From Candidatus Heimdallarchaeota archaeon (GTDB lineage: Archaea > Asgardarchaeota > Heimdallarchaeia > JABLTI01), in assembly GCA_019058275.1 (NCBI GenBank), contig JAHLVW010000066.1, positions 192,001 to 256,000 on the forward strand: a DNA stretch of 64,000 nt. Direction: 5' to 3'. The translations under genes were made by a program, and so were the position numbers. Positions 40,133 through 48,544 of the stretch are shown in pieces. How positions within the stretch are numbered: the first letter of the stretch is position 1; each line of letters opens with the position of its first letter. The notes beneath the pieces were generated by a model, which saw only the letters and a list, made by a program, of their open reading frames with translations, was not told the origin of the DNA and searched no databases.

Positions 40133-42073
40133 TTGATTAAAAGAAAGACATTTTCAAGTTTATTTATAATAATAATAATTCTAACCGTTAGTTTTTCTTT
40201 AGAAGATATTCAGAGTAAAATACAAGTTAAACCTTATAGAAATACATTTGATAAACAAACAACAAAAGAATGGACTTGTATGATCTATTGTTATGCGGAT
40301 ACTCGATTATCATCAATACAAGATCCACAGGATAATAGTTTGAATAAGCTTTTTCTAGTCATGTATGATTCATTGTATGATTTACCTTCCCGTTTGCAAG
40401 CAGATTCTGAAACTGACATGAACATTATTGTACTATTTGATTATCCTTATACTCAAGCAAACCCATTTGGAGATGCTGAAATTTATGAAGTAACATCAAG
40501 TGAGGTCAATAAGGTTGCAGATTTGGGTGCAAAAAATATGAGTTCATGGACAGTATTGAGGGATTTCATAAGCTACTGTAAAACAAATTACCCAGCATAC
40601 CATTACTCAATAAATTTAGTCGATCATGGACATGGGTACGCAGGCTTCTGTTATGACTACCATGCTTCCCATCCTTATTGGGATTATGCTCTCGGTGATT
40701 GTTTAGAAGTTTCAGAATTAGAACTTGCTTTATCTTTGGAAGGAGGGGTTGATGTACTATTCTTAGATACTTGCTCTGGTGGTTCCTTTGAAGTTGCTTG
40801 GCAATTGTATGAAGAAGTTGATTATATGGTAGCTGGTGAAACAGTTCAAGGTTATGTTGCTTTATGTCATTTTGTTGATATATATTCACAGCTAAGCCAT
40901 GACACAAGTTCTACTCCTATAAAATTAGCTCAAATAGGGTTTAATTCTGCGAAATTTATCAATTATTATTCGCTAGTACTGGATCCGACTCATAACAATG
41001 TTGATTCCTGGGGATCTGTCACGATGTACTCTTTGAATAGATTTGAATCGTTTACAGGCGGTCCCAGTTTTAAACCGTTATTTGAAGAGCTTACAACGGA
41101 GTTGTCTTATGAATTAATGATAAATAAAACAACCGCTTTTGAATTATTTAGTAATATTAAAGGAAATCTAACAACTTCTGGATTATCTTCCAATTCACTC
41201 ATGGTTGATCTTTATAATTTTCTAGAAGTCATAATAGATTTCACTGGGCAATTTAATAACACAATTATTGAAACGAAGGTTGTTCAAGTGAAAAACCTTC
41301 TTGAACCAGGTCCTAGGTATATCATTCATGATAACTGGGTTTATTCTGAAACTGCTTTACCAGACATTCATGGTTTTTCTATATGCTTCCCTGATTCCCT
41401 TAATTTATATCAAGGATATCTCTATCCTAATTTTTATGAAGATCTTAATATCTCAGCTGATACCTATTGGGATGATTTCATTTTCAGTCTCTTCCCTCAC
41501 AATTATACTAACTTCCTCAATCCTCCCCATCTTGAATTTTATGAATTCTATCTTAACTTGATAGACCCTGTAGTTGCTCTTCATATCTATATTTATCTTG
41601 GAGATGAAATGTACCATGTTGGACTGAAAGATTCGTTAGATTTCGGAATGGGTATTGATATTGGACTAGATAAAGCTCAGTTTATGGATGACTTACTCTT
41701 TGGAAATTCATACGTTAGAATCCCAACAGCAAGTTTTCAATTTGGTGCCAAGAAAAGTTTAGACGAAACTGTTACAATGCAAGTTGTTATTAATGCAACT
41801 GGTTCTCCAACAGCAACTCAATTGGTCAATTTGACAGTAAACCATGTTAAAGATGATAAGGTTGTGTGGCACGCAAACCAAGTCACTGATTTTGAGGTAG
41901 GACAAATCATTGAATGTAATGTTACAACTGATGATGAAATAACTGATTTTGAAAAGACAGATGCATCACCAACTAAGAAATTTGAATTCGAACCAGAAAT
42001 TACCATAATTACTGTTACTACATCAATTGTGCTGTTAATAGTATTAGATAGGAGAAGAAAAAAGATCAATTGA
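40133..42073 (+). CDS. Secreted, C-terminally anchored clostripain-like (C11) cysteine peptidase
   Basis: Signal peptide; KEWT.MIY..AD, YPA.HY, DHGHG (His), LDTC (Cys), AGE; C-terminal TM + RRRKK. Confidence 0.85.
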   Translation: MIKRKTFSSLFIIIIILTVSFSLEDIQSKIQVKPYRNTFDKQTTKEWTCMIYCYADTRLSSIQDPQDNSLNKLFLVMYDSLYDLPSRLQADSETDMNIIVLFDYPYTQANPFGDAEIYEVTSSEVNKVADLGAKNMSSWTVLRDFISYCKTNYPAYHYSINLVDHGHGYAGFCYDYHASHPYWDYALGDCLEVSELELALSLEGGVDVLFLDTCSGGSFEVAWQLYEEVDYMVAGETVQGYVALCHFVDIYSQLSHDTSSTPIKLAQIGFNSAKFINYYSLVLDPTHNNVDSWGSVTMYSLNRFESFTGGPSFKPLFEELTTELSYELMINKTTAFELFSNIKGNLTTSGLSSNSLMVDLYNFLEVIIDFTGQFNNTIIETKVVQVKNLLEPGPRYIIHDNWVYSETALPDIHGFSICFPDSLNLYQGYLYPNFYEDLNISADTYWDDFIFSLFPHNYTNFLNPPHLEFYEFYLNLIDPVVALHIYIYLGDEMYHVGLKDSLDFGMGIDIGLDKAQFMDDLLFGNSYVRIPTASFQFGAKKSLDETVTMQVVINATGSPTATQLVNLTVNHVKDDKVVWHANQVTDFEVGQIIECNVTTDDEITDFEKTDASPTKKFEFEPEITIITVTTSIVLLIVLDRRRKKIN

Positions 42074-42240
42074 AAGAATGTGTGAAGTCTGCCATAAATC
42101 AAAAAGTCAAGGAACACTATGCTACGTGTTTATATTCAAAACGTTTAATTAGAAAAAACGTTATTTGTTTAAAGGAAAATATCTAAATTTAGATTTGCAA
42201 ATATTTGAAGGATAAAATTGCTTGGAGCGGGTAATTTATC

Positions 42241-42987
42241 ATGAATAAAAAGAAAAAAACAAGTAAAAAGAAATCTACAAGTAAGAAAGATACAGCTAAG
42301 AAAACAACACCAAGCAAAAAGAAAACAACTGCGAAACCAAAAACAAAATCACATAAAGCAGAAGAACTAGAGGGAGTTGATGATTCACTTCTTCTTGATG
42401 GAATAACATATATTGAACAAAATAAAATGGAAGCTGCTCTCGAGTGCTTCGAAGATTTTTCAAAGGAATATCCCGGTAGTCATTTTGGCTGGTACTATCA
42501 AGGGTATACAAAAATGCTTCAAGATAAGAAGAAGGATGCTGTGAAAAATTTCAAGAAAGCAACCAAAATAAACAAAGCTTTCCTTCCAAGTCTCTATTAT
42601 CAAGGATTAATAGAATTCGAAAACAGTAATTTTGAAAAAGCCTTGTCAATCTTTGACGGTATCATGGAGAATTTTAATATTGATGTATTAAAGGAAAGTA
42701 ATTTTAATATTCCTTATTTCATAGCAATAAGCCATCACTATTTGGGGAATCTACAAAGAGCCGAAGAGTACTTTATGTTTGCATATAACTTATCACCAGA
42801 TGATCCTGTAATTTTATATTATAAAGGATTCAATGAATTAGCAATGAGAAATTATAACTATGCTATGGAGACTTTCAAGAACTTGTTACATATTGATATA
42901 AACAACCTAAACTTCTGGGACTTGATAAAGGGTTATAGCTACTATTATCACCAACATGAGGATAAGAAGAAACAAGAGGAACAATAG
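42241..42987 (+). CDS. TPR protein with Lys/Thr/Ser-rich N-terminal tail
   Basis: Several TPRs (WYYQG..., LYYQG..., LYYKG...); N-terminal 40 aa of low complexity. Confidence 0.82.
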   Translation: MNKKKKTSKKKSTSKKDTAKKTTPSKKKTTAKPKTKSHKAEELEGVDDSLLLDGITYIEQNKMEAALECFEDFSKEYPGSHFGWYYQGYTKMLQDKKKDAVKNFKKATKINKAFLPSLYYQGLIEFENSNFEKALSIFDGIMENFNIDVLKESNFNIPYFIAISHHYLGNLQRAEEYFMFAYNLSPDDPVILYYKGFNELAMRNYNYAMETFKNLLHIDINNLNFWDLIKGYSYYYHQHEDKKKQEEQ

Positions 42988-43048
42988 AAGAAACTACGAA
43001 ATAGCATATTAATTCTCCTCTTTTATCTTTGAAAAATCCAATGGTGAT

Positions 43049-43507
43049 TTGAATATGGAGATTGAAGAGCTAGAAATTAAGATAAAGCAATCTGTAAAGA
43101 AGCTAATTTTTATTATTGGTGACGATCTGAAAAAGAAGGCAGATTTCTTCAAGGATTTTGCTCAAAAAGAAAATTACTCATTTCTAACTTTTCAAGAATT
43201 AATGTTCGCATTAACAACAATCGAAGGTGATTTTGCTGATTTTCCTTCAATTAGAGATCAATTAATTGTTTTGATTACTGCTTTAATAAGTAAAGAAAAA
43301 ACAAAAGGGGTAATAATCGATCAATTTGATTTTGATATAATAATTAAATTCCAAGTTCAAATTAGACTTCTTCAAGAATTTAAGAGATATCCAAAAGATC
43401 CAACCGCAAAAGGAAAACTAATTTTAATCAATTATGGTAAACCGTTAGAAGACATGTTTGAATCTGAATTTATTAATAGCTGTTCAGTTATTAGATTGCA
43501 AATATAA
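43049..43507 (+). CDS. Hypothetical protein, possible degenerate P-loop (BrxF-like) fold
   Basis: LIFIIG....K followed by VIIDQFD and RLLQ; no intact Walker A. Confidence 0.4.
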   Translation: MNMEIEELEIKIKQSVKKLIFIIGDDLKKKADFFKDFAQKENYSFLTFQELMFALTTIEGDFADFPSIRDQLIVLITALISKEKTKGVIIDQFDFDIIIKFQVQIRLLQEFKRYPKDPTAKGKLILINYGKPLEDMFESEFINSCSVIRLQI

Positions 43508-43541
43508 AAGACATTTATTCAGATTTCAAGGTGGATTTCAT

Positions 43542-45569
43542 TTGTCTAACGTAAAAGAAACTATAACAGACTTCACTACAGAAGAAAGAATTATTTTAGA
43601 ATTAATAGGACAGCTATCAAGGAAACATCAAGACAAAATAAGAAACCACTATCTGAAAGAGAAAAAAATCAAGCTTAAAAAACGAAAACTAAAAGAAAAG
43701 TTCCTTAAAAAAAAGAAAGGAAAAAAACTAACTGAAAAGGAAAGAATTAGGTTTCAACTAATACCTGCAGTTCTTTCACAGGCACTAACCAAAGGTATTC
43801 CTATAAGGGAACCCAAAAGAAAGAAAAGTAGTCGTGAAGAATTAAAACCATTACTTTTTGAAGTTGAAGATAAACTGCGTTCTGATGAAAAGCTGCTAAA
43901 AAGAAGCAGCTTTACAAACCTTGATTTGGATTTAACTTTTGATAAGATATATCTGCAACGATTAGATACTAATAATAGTAAAATTCTGGTTAAACTGTTC
44001 GTTGATTGGGGATACTTGAATGAAAATAAACTTCATCTATTTATTGATTCAAATAAGGATGAAATCGCTGATTGTCAGATAGTTGTGATTGATAAAAATA
44101 CAAAATTAGTTGACATATATCCACTAAGACACATTTCAAAATTAATCGTTGATAAAGAAGAATCAGCTAATTCGTTATTTGTTGGTCAGATAGATGGTCT
44201 AGTGCCAGATGAAAAATACAAATATCGCATTGAATGTTATAAAAAATCTGATGGAAAGCTCTTTGCTGGAACCCAATTCAAAGAATTCCGAACCTCGTTC
44301 AATTTAAATGAACAAAATAAACCACTATTTTTCAGTATTAGTTCGGATTTACATAGTGGTCGTAATGGTGGATTTATGAGAGGAAATGTTAAAAGTTCTA
44401 AAATTAGTGGCAATCTTGATTTAAATAGAGTTTTTACAAGCATTGCTAAAACTGAAAATAAAGTCACTTTTGATATGGGATATTCATTAGCAATTGCAAC
44501 AGGTGATTTAACGGAAAACGCATCCTATAGTGAATATTGGGCTGATCTCTTCAAAAGATGTTCCATTTTGTGGGATCATGTTCCACTTTTAACAAGTATA
44601 GGTAACCATGATTACTATTGCGGTGGAAAAGGAAAAGGAAATATGATAGGCGGTTTAGAAGAAGATTGTCGTTATTGGCACAAATATATAACAAATCCTG
44701 TCTCTAGTTCAGGAAGTTTACTGGGTCATTGGTACTCTTTGGATCAAGGTAATATTCATGCTGTATTTTTAGATAGTAATGGAACCGGCTGGGGTAAATA
44801 CGAAATTGATTGTACAACAGAACAATGGCACTGGTTAGAAAATGACTTGAGGATTTGGCATAAAAGGGTCAATAAAGGTGAGAAAGTTCCTCAATTCTGT
44901 TTTGTTTTCTTACATTCAGCTATTATGAGCTTGGGTTTTTGGGGTCGAGGTTTCAATAGTGGTAATGATGAAAAGGCGCAATCATATCTCACACCACTCT
45001 TTAGAAAATATGGTGTTGATATGGTATTCTGCGGACATGATCATATATATCAAAGATCAAATTGGATGGGAACACTGTATCTAGAAAATGGACGACATGG
45101 TGGATCAACAAGACCATACTTTTTCTGGAAAAAAAGGAGAGCAGTATATGATATAGAAAGAATTTGTGAGGATTGGAACACAAGAATTTACACAACAATT
45201 TATGTTCCTCCAAATGCTAAACACCTAACTAGTAATGATAATATAAAAATGAAAAATTTCAAAGAAAAAGCTAGAGAGGAACTATTGTCACAACCACTTG
45301 CTAGTAATTTCTTTTTTGGTGTAAGAAGCAGCAATCAAGAAATTGGTAGATTATTTGATGAAAACTCAAAACAGAAAGAGAAACTTATTGATGAACTTAT
45401 TTTGACAAAATTAGTTGACCATGTATGGTTAAGAGCATATGCTGTAGAAGAAAACTATAAACCAGAATTTCGAGAAATCATCGATTCGATTTTTGTTAAA
45501 GCAAAAAACACAACTGAAGTTAATCAAATAAAAAATAAAATTGTTTGTCCTGAGAAAGTTGTTGAATGA
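43542..45569 (+). CDS. Metallophosphoesterase (purple acid phosphatase-like) with FN3-like domain and Lys-rich N-terminal extension
   Basis: SDLH, GDL, GNHD, FLH, GHDHIY motifs; GLVPDEKYKYRI FN3-like strand. TTG 43542 follows GGTGG (track start 43458). Confidence 0.85.
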   Translation: MSNVKETITDFTTEERIILELIGQLSRKHQDKIRNHYLKEKKIKLKKRKLKEKFLKKKKGKKLTEKERIRFQLIPAVLSQALTKGIPIREPKRKKSSREELKPLLFEVEDKLRSDEKLLKRSSFTNLDLDLTFDKIYLQRLDTNNSKILVKLFVDWGYLNENKLHLFIDSNKDEIADCQIVVIDKNTKLVDIYPLRHISKLIVDKEESANSLFVGQIDGLVPDEKYKYRIECYKKSDGKLFAGTQFKEFRTSFNLNEQNKPLFFSISSDLHSGRNGGFMRGNVKSSKISGNLDLNRVFTSIAKTENKVTFDMGYSLAIATGDLTENASYSEYWADLFKRCSILWDHVPLLTSIGNHDYYCGGKGKGNMIGGLEEDCRYWHKYITNPVSSSGSLLGHWYSLDQGNIHAVFLDSNGTGWGKYEIDCTTEQWHWLENDLRIWHKRVNKGEKVPQFCFVFLHSAIMSLGFWGRGFNSGNDEKAQSYLTPLFRKYGVDMVFCGHDHIYQRSNWMGTLYLENGRHGGSTRPYFFWKKRRAVYDIERICEDWNTRIYTTIYVPPNAKHLTSNDNIKMKNFKEKAREELLSQPLASNFFFGVRSSNQEIGRLFDENSKQKEKLIDELILTKLVDHVWLRAYAVEENYKPEFREIIDSIFVKAKNTTEVNQIKNKIVCPEKVVE

Positions 45570-45690
45570 AAAATTGAGTTCTTTTCTAAAAAGCGAAATC
45601 ATTGACATATAAAAACTAAAATTTACTTTTTAGAGGAAACTTTAAAGCAAGAAAAAACAAATTAGACCACAATTAGTCATACTTTTTTGG

Positions 45691-46980
45691 GTGTGCGATT
45701 TGACCGATATTAAGAAGAAATTACTGATATCAGAGGATAGACTAAAAGCTATCAATGATTTTTTGATAAAAGAAGACAATCCATTGATAGATGAACTTAT
45801 TGCCGTCGTAGAGAAACATGGCGGTGTGGATGAAATTAATAAGAAAGCAGCAGAAGCTCGTAATGTTGATAGTTTATTAGCTCGCTTAGATAAGAAAGAA
45901 CCAAAATATGTTAAAGATCTTACTTGGTTAGTCGAGCAACGAGATAATGATGCTTTTATCAGTATAGCTGATTATCGTCGAAAAATTCTTGGAAAAGAAG
46001 CAGATAATATTACTTTTGATGAATCATACGCTGTAACACTCGAGATTAGTGCTTGTCAATATTTCCCCTTCTTTGTCGCTCAAGCTAAACAGGCTGTAAA
46101 GAAGCAAGAGCTAATGCCTGCAAGATTCATTCGTGTTAGAAGAATGAAAGAGCAAGAAGAAGATGGAGATTTGCTTGCTATGACAGCTGCTATGCTACTA
46201 GTTGGTGCATCTTGTGTAGAAACTTTGGATACAAAAGGAACAGCACCTGGACCAGATGGTTTGCCAGTCAATATACATCTAGGTGGTCCAGCAACCATTA
46301 CCGGTTATTTCGGTGGTGTTGGTCAACCAAATGATTACGCTCTGAAATGGGTTGATGAATACCTTTACTATTATACAAAATATGGCATCCAATCAGCATT
46401 GAATATCAATCCTGGAACAGTTATTTTAGGTTATATGCTCTATAAATTAGGAGTTGATATGGTGTATAAAATATCAGTTTTTGTGGGTAATGATAATCCA
46501 TACTCTTGTTTTTGGACTCTATTAACTGCTAAGCTATTCAGTAGAGATGATGGTACAAGTCCATTAATTGGGTTTAACTTATCTAATGCAGTTAATAATA
46601 GAACAATGGAAGTAGCAGCACAATTCCGTAAGGATTTCGGATTTGAAGATGTTGTTCGTTTTGAACATCATATCACAGAAACATGGAAGAGTATTGTTCG
46701 TCAACCATATGATAGAACTGATGAACTTGTGGAATTAGCTAAAACTGTTAAGAATGTTAGTGCAAAACACGAAGGTGGAAAGCAAAAAATCGAAGAAACT
46801 CGAGAACATCAATCTGATATTTTGGATTATTTCAGAGAAAAAAGTGAGGTTATTGAAGCTGGTGATATGGATAATATGCTTATTAATTATCTCGATAAAC
46901 ACCATGCATTGAATTTCTCTGCTGATACTTTAACAAAGAATAAAATCTCTGTTTTAGCTGCCACAAATTTGCACAAATAA
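45691..46980 (+). CDS. Uncharacterised enzyme-like protein (probable TIM barrel), first gene of an operon with the DapA-Fae fusion
   Basis: Long soluble ORF with enzyme-like blocks (TLDTKGT, HLGGPATITGYFGG, KISVFVGNDN, EHHITE, KHEGG); 18 nt upstream of the next gene. Confidence 0.7.
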   Translation: MCDLTDIKKKLLISEDRLKAINDFLIKEDNPLIDELIAVVEKHGGVDEINKKAAEARNVDSLLARLDKKEPKYVKDLTWLVEQRDNDAFISIADYRRKILGKEADNITFDESYAVTLEISACQYFPFFVAQAKQAVKKQELMPARFIRVRRMKEQEEDGDLLAMTAAMLLVGASCVETLDTKGTAPGPDGLPVNIHLGGPATITGYFGGVGQPNDYALKWVDEYLYYYTKYGIQSALNINPGTVILGYMLYKLGVDMVYKISVFVGNDNPYSCFWTLLTAKLFSRDDGTSPLIGFNLSNAVNNRTMEVAAQFRKDFGFEDVVRFEHHITETWKSIVRQPYDRTDELVELAKTVKNVSAKHEGGKQKIEETREHQSDILDYFREKSEVIEAGDMDNMLINYLDKHHALNFSADTLTKNKISVLAATNLHK

Positions 46981-46998
46981 AATGGGAGAAGATTAATC

Positions 46999-48516
46999 AT
47001 GGCAAAGAAATTCAGACCTGGAGGAGTTAGTCCAGCACTAGTTACTCCATTTACAAAAAAAGATGTACTAGATGAAGAAGCTTATCGAAAATTAATCAGA
47101 TTTGTTATAGATGATCTCGGTGTCACAGGGATTGTACCTGCTGGTTCAACTGGTGAGTTTTCATCACTATTCTGGGAAGAGCAACAGAAAGTAATTGAAA
47201 TTGCTGTAGATGAAGCAAAGGGCAAAGTAGATGTTATGGCCGGCACTGGTACAAGTGGAACAAAAAGAACTATTGAAATGACTAAGTATGCTATGGATGT
47301 TGGAGCAGACGCAGCATTAGTAGTAACACCTTATTACATGAAACCAACACAAAGAGGTCTATTCAAGCATTATTCAGCTCTAGCTGATAAAGTTGATTTT
47401 CCAATTATGCTTTATCAATTACCAGCATTAACAGATGTTGTTCTACCAAGAATGGTAGTTGAAGATTTAGCAGTAGAGCATGAGAATGTAGTAGGTATGA
47501 AATGCAGTTGGGGAAATATGGCTTATCTAATGGAAATACTTGAGAGAGTAAAGCCAGTTGCTCCTGACTTCAAAATTCTCTGTGGCTGGGATGAAATTGT
47601 CTTTCCAGCACTAGCAGGAGGAGTTGATGGATGTATCTTAGCTTCAGCTAATTTCATTGGTGATCATTGGCTCAAAATCAAGAAATTAGTTGATGAAGGA
47701 AAGCTTGAAGAAGCTAGAAAAGCTGAGATGGAGATTCATAAACTAACTCGAATTGCTGTTAAAACTGGTGCAGCTGGTACAAAAGAAGCCTTAAACATGA
47801 TGGGTGTAAAAGTAAGAAAACCAAGATTGCCATTAGAAATCGGTGGAAGTATTAGCCATGAACTTCGTTCTGAATTACGGTTAGAACTCGAGCGAATTGG
47901 TAAAATTGAAACTAAACCAATTATTGGTTTACCAAAAGCTCCTGAAAAGATTGAGGAAAGATTCGGACAAGTTGATGTTACAGCAGAAACTATCCTACAA
48001 AGTAAATTACTAATTGGTGAAGGATTCTTTGGTGGTGATCGTCCAGAAATGGCTCATATAGACCTTTTACTAGGTCCAAAAGATGGACCTGTAGGAATAG
48101 CTTTCGCAAAAGCATTAGCGTTAGTAAAAGACGACCCATCAAAAATCGAAGGTCATGAACCACTTCTAGCACTTTTAGAAACAAATGAAGCAGTGAAACC
48201 TGAGACACTATTAGTTCCAAAAGTTTTCATTAGAAACTTACGGCAAGCAGCAATGGTGTTTGGTCCAGTGCAAGCTGGTGTAGCAAAAGCAGTGATCCAA
48301 TGTGTCAAAGATGGATTTATTCCAGAGAAATATGTTAACAATATGGTTATTATTGCTTCAGTCTTTGTTCATCCAACAGCAGTATCTAGAAATAGAGTCT
48401 ATGTTAACAATCGAAAAGCAACTGTTATGGCTATTAGAAATGCTGTTGAAAAGAAACCAGATCTTGACTACTTGTTTCAAGCACCTGCAAGACATCCTTT
48501 AAAGAATGAACCTTAA
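46999..48516 (+). CDS. fae: Fusion of a DapA/NAL-family class I aldolase and a formaldehyde-activating enzyme (Fae) domain
   Basis: N-terminal ALVTPF, GSTGE, TPYY, LYQLP, GMKCS. C-terminal (from ~48007) IGEG...EMAHIDLLLGPKDGPVG.AFA.AL...GH.PLLA.L......KP.TLLVPKV......A..VFGPVQAGVAKAV...VFVHP...N..AT..AI..A. Confidence 0.88.
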   Translation: MAKKFRPGGVSPALVTPFTKKDVLDEEAYRKLIRFVIDDLGVTGIVPAGSTGEFSSLFWEEQQKVIEIAVDEAKGKVDVMAGTGTSGTKRTIEMTKYAMDVGADAALVVTPYYMKPTQRGLFKHYSALADKVDFPIMLYQLPALTDVVLPRMVVEDLAVEHENVVGMKCSWGNMAYLMEILERVKPVAPDFKILCGWDEIVFPALAGGVDGCILASANFIGDHWLKIKKLVDEGKLEEARKAEMEIHKLTRIAVKTGAAGTKEALNMMGVKVRKPRLPLEIGGSISHELRSELRLELERIGKIETKPIIGLPKAPEKIEERFGQVDVTAETILQSKLLIGEGFFGGDRPEMAHIDLLLGPKDGPVGIAFAKALALVKDDPSKIEGHEPLLALLETNEAVKPETLLVPKVFIRNLRQAAMVFGPVQAGVAKAVIQCVKDGFIPEKYVNNMVIIASVFVHPTAVSRNRVYVNNRKATVMAIRNAVEKKPDLDYLFQAPARHPLKNEP

Positions 48517-48544
48517 AGTTCATTCTCATTTCTTTATTTTTTCT

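Noticed and set aside
42078-42152. 24-aa ORF MCEVCHKSKSQGTLCYVFIFKTFN with CxxC
   Set aside because: Very short, the fourth Zn ligand is absent and there is no clear RBS; likely chance.
46999-47900. Plain dapA (lysine biosynthesis) call
   Set aside because: The Arg138-equivalent is missing, no dapB/asd/lysC is nearby, and the domain is fused to Fae.
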